Numbered from the stretch's first letter, positions 8,634 to 19,486 are shown. The stretch is 64,000 bases of DNA from Vicinamibacteria bacterium (GCA_964291235.2 OZ219816.1:160001-224000), one strand, 5' to 3'. Notes: a model not told the origin generated them from the sequence alone. Program-made: numbers and translations.

Positions 8634-10652
8634 TTAGCGTGACTCGGGCTTGCCGGGATCGGATGGCTTTTCCTCCGTGTCGGTCGCGGTCGGCGCCCAC
8701 GGGTCGCCCAGGCCCGCGCTGGGGCAGAAGTCTCCGGTATCCAGGAAGTGCGTGTGGAGACACTCGAGCGTCGCGCCGAGACTCGTCAGCAACTCGACCG
8801 TCTCCGGGAACGGGACGCGGGTAAAGAAGCCGGCCCGGCCTCCGCGCGCCATGTCGGCGGTGGACTGTCCGAGGCGGGTGATCGCGGTGACGTCCCCGCC
8901 CTGCGACACGAGGTACTCGATGAGTTCGTTGTCGCCCCGGGAAGCGGCGTAGTGCATCGGGGTGTAGAGCCAGGAGTCTTGCTGGTTCACATCCGCGCCC
9001 AATTCCTCGATCAGGTACTTCACGGCGGGAATGAACTGATCGGGTCGATTCCGAACGCTGAACGCGCCCAGTCCCAGGTATCCGCCCCCCGCCACGGCAT
9101 GGATCGGCCAGGCGTTCGGCGCCCCCTCCGGGATCCAGGGCAGCGCGGAATCCTCCTGCTGGCGGCCGTCCTGCTGCCGGCGCTCCCGCATCCCGACCTC
9201 GGGCCAGCGAGTGGGAATGTGGGGATCCGCTCCGTGCGCGACGAGCAGTCTCATCGCTTCGAGATCCTGGGCGAAGGCGGCCCGCCAGAAGGGGGTCGCC
9301 CCGGTGAGGTCGATCCCCATCTTGGTGAGGCCGTATTCCCAGTACCAAAGGTGGGTGTTGAGGCGGGGGTTGGGATCGGCCCCGGCCGCGAGCAGCGCGC
9401 GGAGCACCGCCAGGTGTCCGGAGTCCTGCAGGTCCTGCGCGCGCGGCTGCGGATAGTTGGACTTTGGCGCCCACTGGGTCTGGAGGGCGGCGAACAGCGG
9501 CGTGACGCCGTCCGTCGAAGCGGCAAGATCTGGATTCGCTCCGCGCTCGATGAGGACGAGCGCGAGGTCGAACTGGCCGTTGAGGGTGGCCATCAGGAGT
9601 GGGCTGGTGCCGTCCGCGCTCACCTGATCCAGTTGCGCGCCGCCGTCGAGGAGAGCCGTCGCGGCTTCGATATGCCCCTCGCGGGCCGCGTGCGATAGCG
9701 CGGTCAGTCCGCCGGTCCGGCCGACGAGGACCTCGCGGTACGGCGGGCGCACGAGGTCGGGACCGCCGGGGTAGTCGGGCCGCACGCGGCCGAGCGAGTG
9801 GGGGCTCACTTCGCCGACGTCGTGGCCGGAGCGGAGAAAGTCGCGCTGCGCGCGGACGGCCGCCTGAACATCCGCCGGGCTGGGATCGCGCGACCATTCG
9901 GCATTCGGGTCCACCCGGGGCCCGAACGGTCCGGGCATTTGCGGCGGCGCGCCGATCAGGTCGCGGAAACGGCGGTTGGCTTCGCGGTCCAGCGCCAGAG
10001 CCGGCAGGACATCCACCGCGGCGGTCGTGACGGCGGGGTCGGCGCCGGCGGCGAGCAACGCCGTCACCGCGGCGGCCCGGTTCGCGGCCGCCGCGAACAT
10101 CAGGGGCGTCTGTCCCGACGATCCCTCGCGGGCGTTCGGATCCGCGCCGTGGTCGAGCAGTGCGGCCACCGCCGACCCGCCATCGATGGCGGCGGCGGCG
10201 AGGTGCAGCGCGGTCACGCCACTGTTCGTGGTGCGAGCGTTCGGGTCCGACCCGGCCTCGAGCAGGTGCGCGACGACGGCGCCATGCCCGCCCCGCGCGG
10301 CTACGTGGAGAGACGTGTAGCGACCGATGCGCGTGCCGGCGTCCACCGCGGCGCCCGCCGAGAGCAGCGCCTCGGCCACGGTCCGGTGTCCGCCCTCGGC
10401 GGCCAGGTGCAGCGCGGTCAACCCGTCGCCGCCCGCCGCGTTCACGTCGGCTCCGTCCTGCAGGAGGGACCGGACGACTTCGGCCTGCCCGTCGCGGGCG
10501 GCCGCGAGGAGGTGCTCGCCGGCGCCGGGAGACACGTCCTGCGCCATCAGGGCTGCGGGGAGGATCGCCGCAGCCAGAAGCGACACCGCCGCGCCCCTCA
10601 TGCGGAGACACCCCGATCCGAGGTCCCAACGGCCGGCGCGCCGGGGAGTCAT
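8634..10652 (-). CDS. Exported ankyrin-repeat protein
   Basis: Multiple G.T(A/P)LH.AA..G ankyrin repeats; signal-like segment after Met at 10601 (alternative start); ATGA overlap with the upstream gene. Confidence 0.88.
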   Translation of the reverse strand: MTPRRAGRWDLGSGCLRMRGAAVSLLAAAILPAALMAQDVSPGAGEHLLAAARDGQAEVVRSLLQDGADVNAAGGDGLTALHLAAEGGHRTVAEALLSAGAAVDAGTRIGRYTSLHVAARGGHGAVVAHLLEAGSDPNARTTNSGVTALHLAAAAIDGGSAVAALLDHGADPNAREGSSGQTPLMFAAAANRAAAVTALLAAGADPAVTTAAVDVLPALALDREANRRFRDLIGAPPQMPGPFGPRVDPNAEWSRDPSPADVQAAVRAQRDFLRSGHDVGEVSPHSLGRVRPDYPGGPDLVRPPYREVLVGRTGGLTALSHAAREGHIEAATALLDGGAQLDQVSADGTSPLLMATLNGQFDLALVLIERGANPDLAASTDGVTPLFAALQTQWAPKSNYPQPRAQDLQDSGHLAVLRALLAAGADPNPRLNTHLWYWEYGLTKMGIDLTGATPFWRAAFAQDLEAMRLLVAHGADPHIPTRWPEVGMRERRQQDGRQQEDSALPWIPEGAPNAWPIHAVAGGGYLGLGAFSVRNRPDQFIPAVKYLIEELGADVNQQDSWLYTPMHYAASRGDNELIEYLVSQGGDVTAITRLGQSTADMARGGRAGFFTRVPFPETVELLTSLGATLECLHTHFLDTGDFCPSAGLGDPWAPTATDTEEKPSDPGKPESR

Positions 10653-12103
10653 GCGTTTCGCCCGCTGCGCGGGCGATGCCGGCCGGAGGCCAGCGCTCCG
10701 GAGGCCGCTTCGCGCGTGAGGTCGAGCGGGAACACCCCGTCGCTGTCGCCGAAGGTGGTCGTCTCCGGGTGCCCGATCTTCTGCATCAGGCTCACGAAGG
10801 CGTTCGCCATCGGCGTCCCGTCCGGAGCCCGCAGATGGAGGCCGCCCGGGAGCGCCCCGTTCGCCCTGCCCAGAACGAGCAGCGGCGCTCGCCGGTGGTT
10901 GTGGAGGTTCCCGTCCGCCATCGCGGAGCCCCAGATGATCGCCGTCTTGTCGAGGAGCGAGGCGTCGCCCTCCACCGTGTCTCGCATCTTCTCGAGGAAG
11001 TAGGCGAGCTGGCCGAGCCGGTAGGTGTTGATCCGGTTGAAGTCCATGATGTCCTCGGGGACGTTGCCGTGGTGCGAGGCCCCGTGGACGGATTTCGTCG
11101 TTCCGGCATCGGGAAACGTCCGGTTCGACTGATCAAAGCCCGTCTTGAAGGAGATGACGCGCGTGAGATCGGTCTGCAGCGCGAGCAGTTGCAGGTCGAA
11201 CATCAACTGCATGTGCTCCTCGAAGGAATCCGGGACCCCGGAGGGGGCCTCCGGCATCTCCCGTTCCTCCCCGCTCGTATTGCGCGCCTCGACGAGCTGG
11301 ATCCTCCGTTCGATCTCGCGAATGTGCTCGATGTACTCGTCCAGCGCGACCCGGTCCGCCGCGCCCAGAGTCTTCCTGAGCCGGGCGACCTCGGTGGTGA
11401 TCCAGTCGATCATGCTGCGGTCCGTGCGGCGCCGCGCCGCGCGGTCCTCGGCCGTGTCGCCGGCGCCGAACAGTCGCTCGAACACGACGCGCGGCTCGCG
11501 GATCGCCGGCAGCGGCTGGCTGGGCGAGGCCCACGCGAGGGAGGTCGTGTACGCGCAGTGGTAGTTGTAGGCGCAGCCGCCGCCGCGATCGATGCCCTCG
11601 ATGCAGAGTTCGAGCGACGGGAGCACCGTCTCCCGCCCGAAGCGCTGCGCGTGCAGTTGGTCGATCGAAGTGCCGATGAAGATGTCGGACCCCTGCGTCT
11701 GCTTCGGATGCGCCTGGGTCAGGAACACCGCGGTCGTCCGGTCGTGGTCGCCGCCGATCTCCTCCGCCCGGAACGCTTCCGCCGATCGGCAATCCGTGTT
11801 GCTCACGATCGTCATGTGCTCGCGGAACGCCTCCAGCGGCTTGAGCTGGCTGTCGGCGACCAGCTTGAAGCCGCGTCCGGTCGCCTGGGGCGCGAAGAGG
11901 TGGCGGGAGTCGCCCCAGTCGCTCGAGCCGGCCACGCCCATCGATTCCTCGATGCAGACGAGCCGCGTGAATTCCGCCGCCCGCTTCGGGCTGGCCCGGA
12001 GGCCGGCGGGAGCCATCGCGTCGAGCAGGGGCAGCGCCACGCCGACACCGGCCCCCCGCAGGAAGGTGCGGCGCGAGAGGTGTGCGCCGGTGATGATGTT
12101 CAT
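10649..12103 (-). CDS. DUF1552 family protein with Tat signal
   Basis: SRRTFLRGAGVGVALPLLDAM; SLELCIE, CAYTTSLAW, DLTRVISF, HGASHH, typical of DUF1552. Confidence 0.85.
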   Translation of the reverse strand: MNIITGAHLSRRTFLRGAGVGVALPLLDAMAPAGLRASPKRAAEFTRLVCIEESMGVAGSSDWGDSRHLFAPQATGRGFKLVADSQLKPLEAFREHMTIVSNTDCRSAEAFRAEEIGGDHDRTTAVFLTQAHPKQTQGSDIFIGTSIDQLHAQRFGRETVLPSLELCIEGIDRGGGCAYNYHCAYTTSLAWASPSQPLPAIREPRVVFERLFGAGDTAEDRAARRRTDRSMIDWITTEVARLRKTLGAADRVALDEYIEHIREIERRIQLVEARNTSGEEREMPEAPSGVPDSFEEHMQLMFDLQLLALQTDLTRVISFKTGFDQSNRTFPDAGTTKSVHGASHHGNVPEDIMDFNRINTYRLGQLAYFLEKMRDTVEGDASLLDKTAIIWGSAMADGNLHNHRRAPLLVLGRANGALPGGLHLRAPDGTPMANAFVSLMQKIGHPETTTFGDSDGVFPLDLTREAASGALASGRHRPRSGRNA

Positions 12104-14619
12104 GAGCCCTCTCCGCTTCTCATCCGATCTTCGGATTCTGTCTCATCGGTCACGGATGGTGCGGGACGCGCCATCCGGAACGGATCGCTGTTCACCACGC
12201 CGAGGATGAACGAGGACATTCGGTAGTCGCCCGCCTTCGCCTCGCGTGCAATGGCCCGGATCCCGGGTTCGTCGAAGTACTCCGCGCGGCGGCCGATCGC
12301 GTACGCGAGCAGGTGCGCAGTGAAGTTCCGGACCAGCGGGATCGGCCGCTTCATGAGGATTTTGACGAGCTCGGCAGGCGTGCTCACGTCGGTCCCGTCG
12401 TAGAAGACCCCCCGCGTGTCGAGCGCGACGCCGTTCTCGCGAACCCGCACCTGCCCCGTCACGTCGTAGTTGTCGAGCGCGAGTCCGATCGGGTCCATGA
12501 ACCGGTGGCACGAGCGGCATGCCGGATTCGCCCGATGCATCTCGAGCCGTTCGCGCGTGGTGAGCAGCCGGCCGCCCCGGGCCGTTTGGGTGTCGTCGAA
12601 GGCGGGCGTGTTGGGCGGCGGGGGCGGAGGCGGCGTGCCCATCAGCACCTCCATCACCCACTTCCCGCGGAGAACCGGCGACGTGCGCGCGGACATCGAG
12701 GTGAGCAGCAGCACGCTTCCGTGCCCCAGCACGCCGCGCCGGCTGTCGTCCGGGTACTGCACGCGCCGGAACCCGGGCCCCGAGACGCCGGGAACCCCGT
12801 AGTGCGCCGCGAGGCGCTCGTTCAGGAAGGTGTAGTCCGCCGTGAAGAGTTCGAGCAGACTCTTGTCTTCGCGCACGAGGTGGTCGAAGAACAACTGCGT
12901 TTCACGGACGAGGTCCTCGCGGAGCTGGCCGGTGAAATCCGGATAGAGATACGGCTCCGGCTGGTTGTCCTCCGCGTCCTGAAGCCGCAGCCACTGCGAG
13001 GCGAAGCGCGTTGCCAGCGCCTCGGCCCGCGGGTCGGCCAGCATCCGCCGTACCTGCGACTCGAGAACCGGCGGATCCGAGAGCCGTCCTTCCGCGGCCA
13101 GCCTCAGGAGTTCGTCATCCGGGCTGGCCGCCCAGAGGAAGAACGAGAGCCGGGACGCGAGGTCCACGTCCGCGATCCGGTAACTCTCACCGGGCAGGGC
13201 CTCCGGCGGCGCCCGCTCGAGCCGGAAGATGAAGGAGGGGCTGGCCAGAATCGCCTGGAGCGCGGTTCGGACGCCGATCTCGAATCCGTCCTCCGCGGCG
13301 GCGCGATCATAAAAGGCCATCGGCCCGGCGAGATCGTCGCCGGTGACCGGACGCCGGTACGCCTCGCGGGCGAGCCGGCTCACGATCGACTCCGCGCAGG
13401 CCCGGGCTTCCCCGGGAACATCCGCCCCGGTCGCCCCGCCCTTTCCCGGATGGCAGCGGAAGATCCTTCGGCGGCTCGCCGTCTCCGAGAGCCCCGTGCT
13501 CCGGTGCGGGCCGGTGATCATCAGTTCGCTGAGATGCGGTAGCGCCGTGATCCCGTAGTTCGCCCACGCCTGGGAGTCCTCGCCCCCGACGAAGGACCAG
13601 CCCGGCGTCTTCAGGCGGTCGTCGTAAGGCCCCTCGATGGTGCGCACGAAGGCCGCCGCGACCTGGCGCTGGCCCGCCCGCACGAAGATCGGCTCGGTGC
13701 GGATCGGCACCGTCGAGCGGCCGCCGTGCTCGAGGCCGAGGAGGGCGACCCCCTCCCCGTCGATGGAGATGTCAACGTCCTGGAAGCCGGTCCCCTGGCC
13801 GAAAAGCGTCTCGATCGAGATGACGTACTCCCCGTCCACCGGGAAGTCGTGAGTGACCACCATCCCGCCGCGCGTCCCGTACGGCGTGCCCTCGAGGTGA
13901 TCCCAGGCGTGCTGCGAGACGTCGATCGGATTCGTGTAGTTGGCCGTTTTGGAGAGCGCGTCCCGGTTGCCGACGGCGATCCGGCTGACTTCCGTCGCGG
14001 CCCTCAGGTAGGCCTCGAGGAGGGTCGTCGAGAGGCCCTGCGCGTCCGCCATGTTGTCGAAGGCGCCGAGGTAGGTGTCCGCCGGCAGCCACCGGCCGGC
14101 CTCGATTTCGAGATCGAGGAGATCGTGGATCACGCGCTCGTACTCGGCCCGGTTCAGTCGCTGGAAACGCCGTGAGCCGGGGTTCCTGGAGCGGGCGGCG
14201 TCGCGGTCCACCACGGTCTCGATCGTCTCGACCAGGGCGAGCAGCGTTTCGGGCGGCGGGCGGCGCTGCCCCGGCGGCGGCATCATCCCCGCCCGCAGCT
14301 TCCGGATCATCTTCTCGGCGGTTTCCGCCCGCTCGTGCGCCGCGTCCACGTCGAACTCCGAGAGGGTGAGGTTCCCGGTCTGGAGACGCTGGTTGTGGCA
14401 GCGGACGCAATAGCGCTGGACCACGCCGGTGAGTTCCGCCGTGTTTTCGAGGCCGCCGACGCCATGCTCCGGCGAGGGCATCGCCGGCGCCGTCGGGGAC
14501 GCGCCGTCCGCCGGGACCTGGCCCAGGGAGGGCTGTCCCAGCAGGGCGAACCACAACCCCAGGGCCGCGCCCACGCTCACTCCCTTCAAGGGATTGCCCT
14601 CCGGGAACAGGGGATACAC
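12100..14619 (-). CDS. Planctomycete-type cytochrome c protein (PSCyt with DUF1587/1595/1592/1588/1585 domains)
   Basis: Two heme motifs CVRCH and CRSCH; RLNRAEY, LASRLSFFLW, TSPVLRGKWV, PPPPPP; standard partner of DUF1552. Confidence 0.87.
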   Translation of the reverse strand: MYPLFPEGNPLKGVSVGAALGLWFALLGQPSLGQVPADGASPTAPAMPSPEHGVGGLENTAELTGVVQRYCVRCHNQRLQTGNLTLSEFDVDAAHERAETAEKMIRKLRAGMMPPPGQRRPPPETLLALVETIETVVDRDAARSRNPGSRRFQRLNRAEYERVIHDLLDLEIEAGRWLPADTYLGAFDNMADAQGLSTTLLEAYLRAATEVSRIAVGNRDALSKTANYTNPIDVSQHAWDHLEGTPYGTRGGMVVTHDFPVDGEYVISIETLFGQGTGFQDVDISIDGEGVALLGLEHGGRSTVPIRTEPIFVRAGQRQVAAAFVRTIEGPYDDRLKTPGWSFVGGEDSQAWANYGITALPHLSELMITGPHRSTGLSETASRRRIFRCHPGKGGATGADVPGEARACAESIVSRLAREAYRRPVTGDDLAGPMAFYDRAAAEDGFEIGVRTALQAILASPSFIFRLERAPPEALPGESYRIADVDLASRLSFFLWAASPDDELLRLAAEGRLSDPPVLESQVRRMLADPRAEALATRFASQWLRLQDAEDNQPEPYLYPDFTGQLREDLVRETQLFFDHLVREDKSLLELFTADYTFLNERLAAHYGVPGVSGPGFRRVQYPDDSRRGVLGHGSVLLLTSMSARTSPVLRGKWVMEVLMGTPPPPPPPNTPAFDDTQTARGGRLLTTRERLEMHRANPACRSCHRFMDPIGLALDNYDVTGQVRVRENGVALDTRGVFYDGTDVSTPAELVKILMKRPIPLVRNFTAHLLAYAIGRRAEYFDEPGIRAIAREAKAGDYRMSSFILGVVNSDPFRMARPAPSVTDETESEDRMRSGEGS

Positions 14620-14775
14620 ATCACAAACGGCAACAGGACAAAACGCCCGAAGACGGGAAGATACCCGAATGGATCATCGCGGCCCAACCGGGACCGGAGG
14701 CCTGCCCGGTTCTGCCGCCGGGGCTCCGAGCGTCCGCGCGCTTCCCGCCAGCGCCGACGCGCGAGGCGCCCGCCG

Positions 14776-17103
14776 TCAGAACCGGAACAGCCGGGTGAAC
14801 TTGACGATGAACGACTGGGTGTTCAGTTCCGGATACCCGGGGACCAGGGTGTCCCGGAGCGAGTTGTAAACCAGGTAGAGATCGCTTCCCGGTTCGTACT
14901 CCCAGCGGAACCGGACGTTCGTCGACAGGCTGCCCGCGGAGCTGTTGTACTGGAGGAACGCGGCCAGGAAACTGCGCGGCGAGACGGTGTAGTTGATCCG
15001 CGCGGCGAGCAGATTGGTGTCGTAGTCGCCCTCGGGCAGGGCAATCCAGTTGGCCGAGACGATCGGCTCGACGGTGAGGCGGGTCATGAGCTCGACGCGG
15101 CCGCGCCAGGCGAGTTCGCGGCGGGTCCCGGAGAAGAACCCGCCCTGCTGGTAGGCGAAGCCGCCCGACACCGGGCGCTGGGGGCCCGCCTGGTAGCTGA
15201 GCCGCACGTAGTCGAAGTCGTACTCGCCGGGCGTCACCCCCAGGTCGTCGCTCAGCGAAAACGACTCGCTCAGCACCTCACGGTTCCGGGTGGCGTTCAC
15301 GTTGAAGCTGTCCCCGTTCTCGAATTCCATGTCGTAGCGGAAGCCGAAGATGCGGGTCTCGAGTTCGCCCTCGTTATCCGTCGTGTAGTCCACGCTGCCG
15401 ATCCAGCCCAGCTTGCGGAGCCAGGAGATCGAATGCGGCCGCGGACTGAAGCGCGCTTCGGCGTAGTTCCGCTGGAAATCCCGGCGGCGCAGGAATCCGA
15501 TCCCGGGATCGAAGTCGTCCCCGACCACCAGGCGCTCGGCCTGTACCCCGTAACGGTCGCCGTTGTAGTCGAGCTGACCGAGGTAGCTCAGCCCGGTCTG
15601 GTCCTCGAGCTCGTTCTGGGTCCAGGCCGCGTAGCTGCGGATGTCCAGGTTCTCGAAAAAGCCGAACCGGGCGTCCATCCCGTAGGCGAAGTTCCGGCCC
15701 AGGCCGCCTTCGGTGTGCGAGCGATAGGTTCCCATCACGCCGACCGTGCTGCGGTTCAGGATGTCGCGCTTCAGCCGGAGGACGGAGAAATCCGTCTCCG
15801 GGGAGCCGGCGGCAGCACTCTCGCCGCTGCGCATCGCGATCGCGCCCACGTTGTATTCGCCGAGCCTTCCCGTCACCCGGGCTCCCCCAGTGATGGGCAC
15901 CGCCTGGCCGGCCTCGATGCCGATGCGGCGGCTGAAGAACAGCACCGGGGTGCTGCTCGGCGGCCCGAAGCTGCGTGTGGACCCGGGCGGCGCGCCGCGG
16001 CCCGTCGTGCCGAACTCGAAGATCCCCTGGCCTTCCAGGAAGAACTCGCGCTTTTCGGGGAAGAAGAGGCTGAACCGCGTCAGGTTGATCTGCTGGGCGT
16101 CGGCCTCGACCTGGGCGAAGTCGGTGTTGTAGGTGAGATCGGCGGTGAGCCCGCTGGTGATCCCCACCTTCGCGTCCAGCCCGAAGTCCCCGCCGAAGTC
16201 GCGGTCGAGCGACCCGGCCTCGATCCGGGCGCCCGCGGCGTCACCGATGAGATACGGCTTCACCTCGACCGTCCGGGAACTGGCAGGCGCTTCGAGTCCC
16301 ACCAGGGTGCCCGCCGAGCTGATCTTGGTGATCGCCCGCGGGCCGAGCGCGGCCGGCACCTGGGTCAGGTAGGACATCTCGTTCTTCCAGCGCACCACCC
16401 GGCGGAAGTTGATGCCCCAGACCTGCTGTCCCCCGGTTGCGTAGCGCAGGGTCTTGAACGGGATGCGCATCTCCATGGTCCAGCCGTTCTCGAAGCGCGC
16501 CGCCTTGGAGTCCCAGACCGCGGTCCAGTCGCGGTTCACGCCGCGCTCGTCCACGATTAGGCCGTCGAAGAAGCCGCCGATCGGATTCAGGTAGAAGAAG
16601 AAGGCGTTCCGGCGGTCATAGAACGTGTCCAGAATGACGGCGAGGTTCGCGTTGTTGAAGATGCCGAAGTGGTCCCGCCGCATTTCGGTGGCCACGATCC
16701 GGTCCGGTTCGGAGTCCCAGCACCGGCCGGCGATGTACACCGCATCGTCGTCGAAGAACACCCAGACCTCGGTGTCTTCGGTGGCTGGTTCCCCCTCGAG
16801 CGGGAGCGCCTGGATGAAGCCGCTCACTCCCGGAACGCGGTCGTAGATTCCGTCGTCGAGTCGGCCGTCGAGTTCGAAAGGTCCCTCGAGTCGGGTGGCG
16901 CGCATGGTGGCGCCGCCGACATCGTCCCGGCGGACCATCTCGGGGAGATCGGGCGGCGCCGGGCCGCGGACCACGAATTCCGGCTCCGGCGTCGCCCCCT
17001 GGCCGTCCTGGCGCTCCCCGAGTGCTCCCGTCTGCCCCAGGGAAGAGGCAGGCGCGATCAGGGCGGAGGCAACGAGAACGAAGCGGAACGCGTGGCGGGA
17101 CAA
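14776..17103 (-). CDS. DUF5916/CBM9-like probable outer-membrane protein, paralog A1
   Basis: Signal peptide; DGRLDD..Y, LDTFYDRRNAF, GWTMEMRIPFKTLRY, WGINFRR, NTDFAQVEAD, FFPEKREFFLEG; C-terminal VKFTRLFRF; TTG start. Confidence 0.82.
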   Translation of the reverse strand: MSRHAFRFVLVASALIAPASSLGQTGALGERQDGQGATPEPEFVVRGPAPPDLPEMVRRDDVGGATMRATRLEGPFELDGRLDDGIYDRVPGVSGFIQALPLEGEPATEDTEVWVFFDDDAVYIAGRCWDSEPDRIVATEMRRDHFGIFNNANLAVILDTFYDRRNAFFFYLNPIGGFFDGLIVDERGVNRDWTAVWDSKAARFENGWTMEMRIPFKTLRYATGGQQVWGINFRRVVRWKNEMSYLTQVPAALGPRAITKISSAGTLVGLEAPASSRTVEVKPYLIGDAAGARIEAGSLDRDFGGDFGLDAKVGITSGLTADLTYNTDFAQVEADAQQINLTRFSLFFPEKREFFLEGQGIFEFGTTGRGAPPGSTRSFGPPSSTPVLFFSRRIGIEAGQAVPITGGARVTGRLGEYNVGAIAMRSGESAAAGSPETDFSVLRLKRDILNRSTVGVMGTYRSHTEGGLGRNFAYGMDARFGFFENLDIRSYAAWTQNELEDQTGLSYLGQLDYNGDRYGVQAERLVVGDDFDPGIGFLRRRDFQRNYAEARFSPRPHSISWLRKLGWIGSVDYTTDNEGELETRIFGFRYDMEFENGDSFNVNATRNREVLSESFSLSDDLGVTPGEYDFDYVRLSYQAGPQRPVSGGFAYQQGGFFSGTRRELAWRGRVELMTRLTVEPIVSANWIALPEGDYDTNLLAARINYTVSPRSFLAAFLQYNSSAGSLSTNVRFRWEYEPGSDLYLVYNSLRDTLVPGYPELNTQSFIVKFTRLFRF

Positions 17104-17152
17104 GAGCGGGGACTCGGGCGGCGGAACTCTACGCCGGGCTGGCGTCCGGCGG

Positions 17153-19486
17153 TCAGAACCGGAAGAGCCGGGTGAACTTGACGATGAAGGACTGGGTGTT
17201 CAGTTCGGGGTATCCGGGCGCCAGGGTGTCCCGCAGCGAGTTGTAAACCACGTAGAGGTCGCTGCCCGGTTCGTATTCCCAACGGAAGCGGACGTTCGTG
17301 GAGAGGCTGTTCGCGGAGGTGTTGTACTGGAGGAACGCCGCGACAAAACTGCGGGGTGAGAGCGTGTAGTTGACCCGGGACGCGATCAGATTGGTGTCGT
17401 AGTCGCCGGTCGGCAGGTCGATCCAGTTCATCGAGACGGTGGGCTCGAGGGAGAAGCGGGTCGTCACCTCGACCCGTCCGCGCCATGCCGCCTCGCGGCG
17501 CATCCCCGAGAAGAAGCCCCCCTGCTGGAAGGCGAAGTTTCCCGAGATGGGACGCTGCGGCCCCGCCTGGTAGGCGACCCGGACGTGATCGAAGTCGTAC
17601 GGACCCACCCCCACGCCGATCCCGTCGTCCTCGTCCAGAAGGAACTCTTCGCTGAGCACCTCGTGGTTCCGGGCGGCGTCCACGTTGAGCCGGTCGCCGT
17701 TTTCGAGTTCGACCTCCGTCCGCAGTTGGAGAATTCGGGTCTCGAGGACAGCCTCGTTATCGGTGGTGTAGTCGACGCTGCCAGTCCAGCCGATCTGGCG
17801 CAGCCAGGAGATCGAGTGCGGCCGGGGGCTGAAGCGCGCTTCGGCGTAGTTGCGCTGGAAATCCCGGCGGCGCAGGAACCCGATGCCGGGATCGAAGCCG
17901 TCGCCAACCACGAGCCGTTCGGTCTTGAGCCCGTAGCGGTCGCCGTTGTACTCGAGCTGGCCCAGATAGCTCATCCCGGTCTCGTCCTCGAGTTCGTTCT
18001 GGGTCCAGGCGGCGTAGCTACGGATGTCGAGGTTCTCGAAGAGACCGAAGCGGGCGTCCATCCCGTAGGCGAAGTTCCGTCCCAACCCGCTGGCGCCGTG
18101 GGAGCGGTAGGTGCCCATGACGCCCACGGTGCTGCGGTTCAGGATGTCGCGCTTCAGCCGCAGGGCCGAGAAGTCGGTCTCCGGGGCGCCCGCGGCGTTG
18201 TTCCCTCCGGTCCGGATGGCAAGCGCCCCGACCCCGAAGTCGCCGAGCTTGCCGGTCACCCGCCCACCGCCGAGAATCGGCACCATCTGGCCGTCGGCGA
18301 TCCCGATCTGGCGGCTGAAGAAGAGCACCGGGGTGCTGCTCGGCGGGCCGAAGCTGCGCGTCGATCCCGCCGGAGGGGCGCGGCTCGAAGTGCCGAAGCT
18401 GAAGGTCCCCTGCCCTTCGAGGAAGAACTCGCGCTTCTCGGGAAAGAAGAGGCTGAACCGCGTCAGGTTGATCTGCTGGGCGTCCGCCTCCACCTGGGCG
18501 AAGTCGGTGTTCCAGGTGAGGTCGGCGATCAGGCCGCTGGTGATCCCGACCTTGGCATCCACCCCGAAGTCGCCGCCGTAGTCCCGCTCCAGCCCGCCGG
18601 CACCGGCGCGGATCCCGGCGGCGTCCCCGATGAGGTACGGCTTCACCTCGACGGTCCGGGAACTGGCAGGCGCCTCCAGGCCCACGAGCGTCCCCGCCGA
18701 GCTGATCTTGGTGATGGCGCGGGGTCCGAGGGCCGTAGGAACCCCGGTGAGGAAGGACAGCTCGTTCTTCCAGCGCACGATACGGCGGAAGTTGATCCCC
18801 CAGACCTGAGGGCCTCCGCTCGCGTAGCGCAGCGTCTTGAACGGGATCCGCATCTCCATGGTCCAGCCGTTTTCGAACCGAGCCGCCCGGGAGTCCCAGA
18901 CCGCGGTCCAGTCGCGGTTGGGGGGATTCTCATCCGCGATGAGGCCGTCGAAGAACCCGCCGATCGGGTTCATGTAGAAGAAGAAGGCGTTCCGGCGGTC
19001 GTAGAAGGTGTCCAGGATGACCGCGAGGTTCTCGTTGTTGAAGATGCCGAAGTTGTCCCGCCGCATCTCGGTCGCCACCATGCGGTGGGGCTGGCTGTCC
19101 CAGCACCTGCCGGCGATGTACACCGCTTCGTCGTCGTAGAAGATCCAGACGTCGGTCGGCTCGGTAGCCGGTTCGCCTTCGAGCGGCAGCGCCTGGATGA
19201 AACCGCCCACCCCGGGCACCCGTTCGTAGATCGCGTCGTCGAGGCGGCCGTCCAGCTCGAGCGGCTCGGTGAGGCGGGTGGCGCGCATGGTGGCGCCCCC
19301 GGCGTCGTCGCGCCGGACCATCTCGGGGAGATCGGGCGGTGCCGGGCCGCGGACCACGAATGCGGGCTCGGGGGCCTCGCCTTGGCCGTCCTGCCGATCG
19401 CCGGGTTCTCCCGTCTGCGCCCGCGGGGCGACCGGCCAAATCAGGGTGGAGGCGGCGAGAACGAAGCGGAAGGCGCGGCGGGACAA
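17153..19486 (-). CDS. DUF5916/CBM9-like protein, paralog A2
   Basis: Same motifs; colinear with A1 and A3; TTG start. Confidence 0.82.
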   Translation of the reverse strand: MSRRAFRFVLAASTLIWPVAPRAQTGEPGDRQDGQGEAPEPAFVVRGPAPPDLPEMVRRDDAGGATMRATRLTEPLELDGRLDDAIYERVPGVGGFIQALPLEGEPATEPTDVWIFYDDEAVYIAGRCWDSQPHRMVATEMRRDNFGIFNNENLAVILDTFYDRRNAFFFYMNPIGGFFDGLIADENPPNRDWTAVWDSRAARFENGWTMEMRIPFKTLRYASGGPQVWGINFRRIVRWKNELSFLTGVPTALGPRAITKISSAGTLVGLEAPASSRTVEVKPYLIGDAAGIRAGAGGLERDYGGDFGVDAKVGITSGLIADLTWNTDFAQVEADAQQINLTRFSLFFPEKREFFLEGQGTFSFGTSSRAPPAGSTRSFGPPSSTPVLFFSRQIGIADGQMVPILGGGRVTGKLGDFGVGALAIRTGGNNAAGAPETDFSALRLKRDILNRSTVGVMGTYRSHGASGLGRNFAYGMDARFGLFENLDIRSYAAWTQNELEDETGMSYLGQLEYNGDRYGLKTERLVVGDGFDPGIGFLRRRDFQRNYAEARFSPRPHSISWLRQIGWTGSVDYTTDNEAVLETRILQLRTEVELENGDRLNVDAARNHEVLSEEFLLDEDDGIGVGVGPYDFDHVRVAYQAGPQRPISGNFAFQQGGFFSGMRREAAWRGRVEVTTRFSLEPTVSMNWIDLPTGDYDTNLIASRVNYTLSPRSFVAAFLQYNTSANSLSTNVRFRWEYEPGSDLYVVYNSLRDTLAPGYPELNTQSFIVKFTRLFRF

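Noticed and set aside
6483-8824. Long repetitive ORFs (6483..8306, 7900..8412, 7985..8824)
   Set aside because: Translations of the GC-rich REP array and of antisense strands of real genes; frames shift between units.
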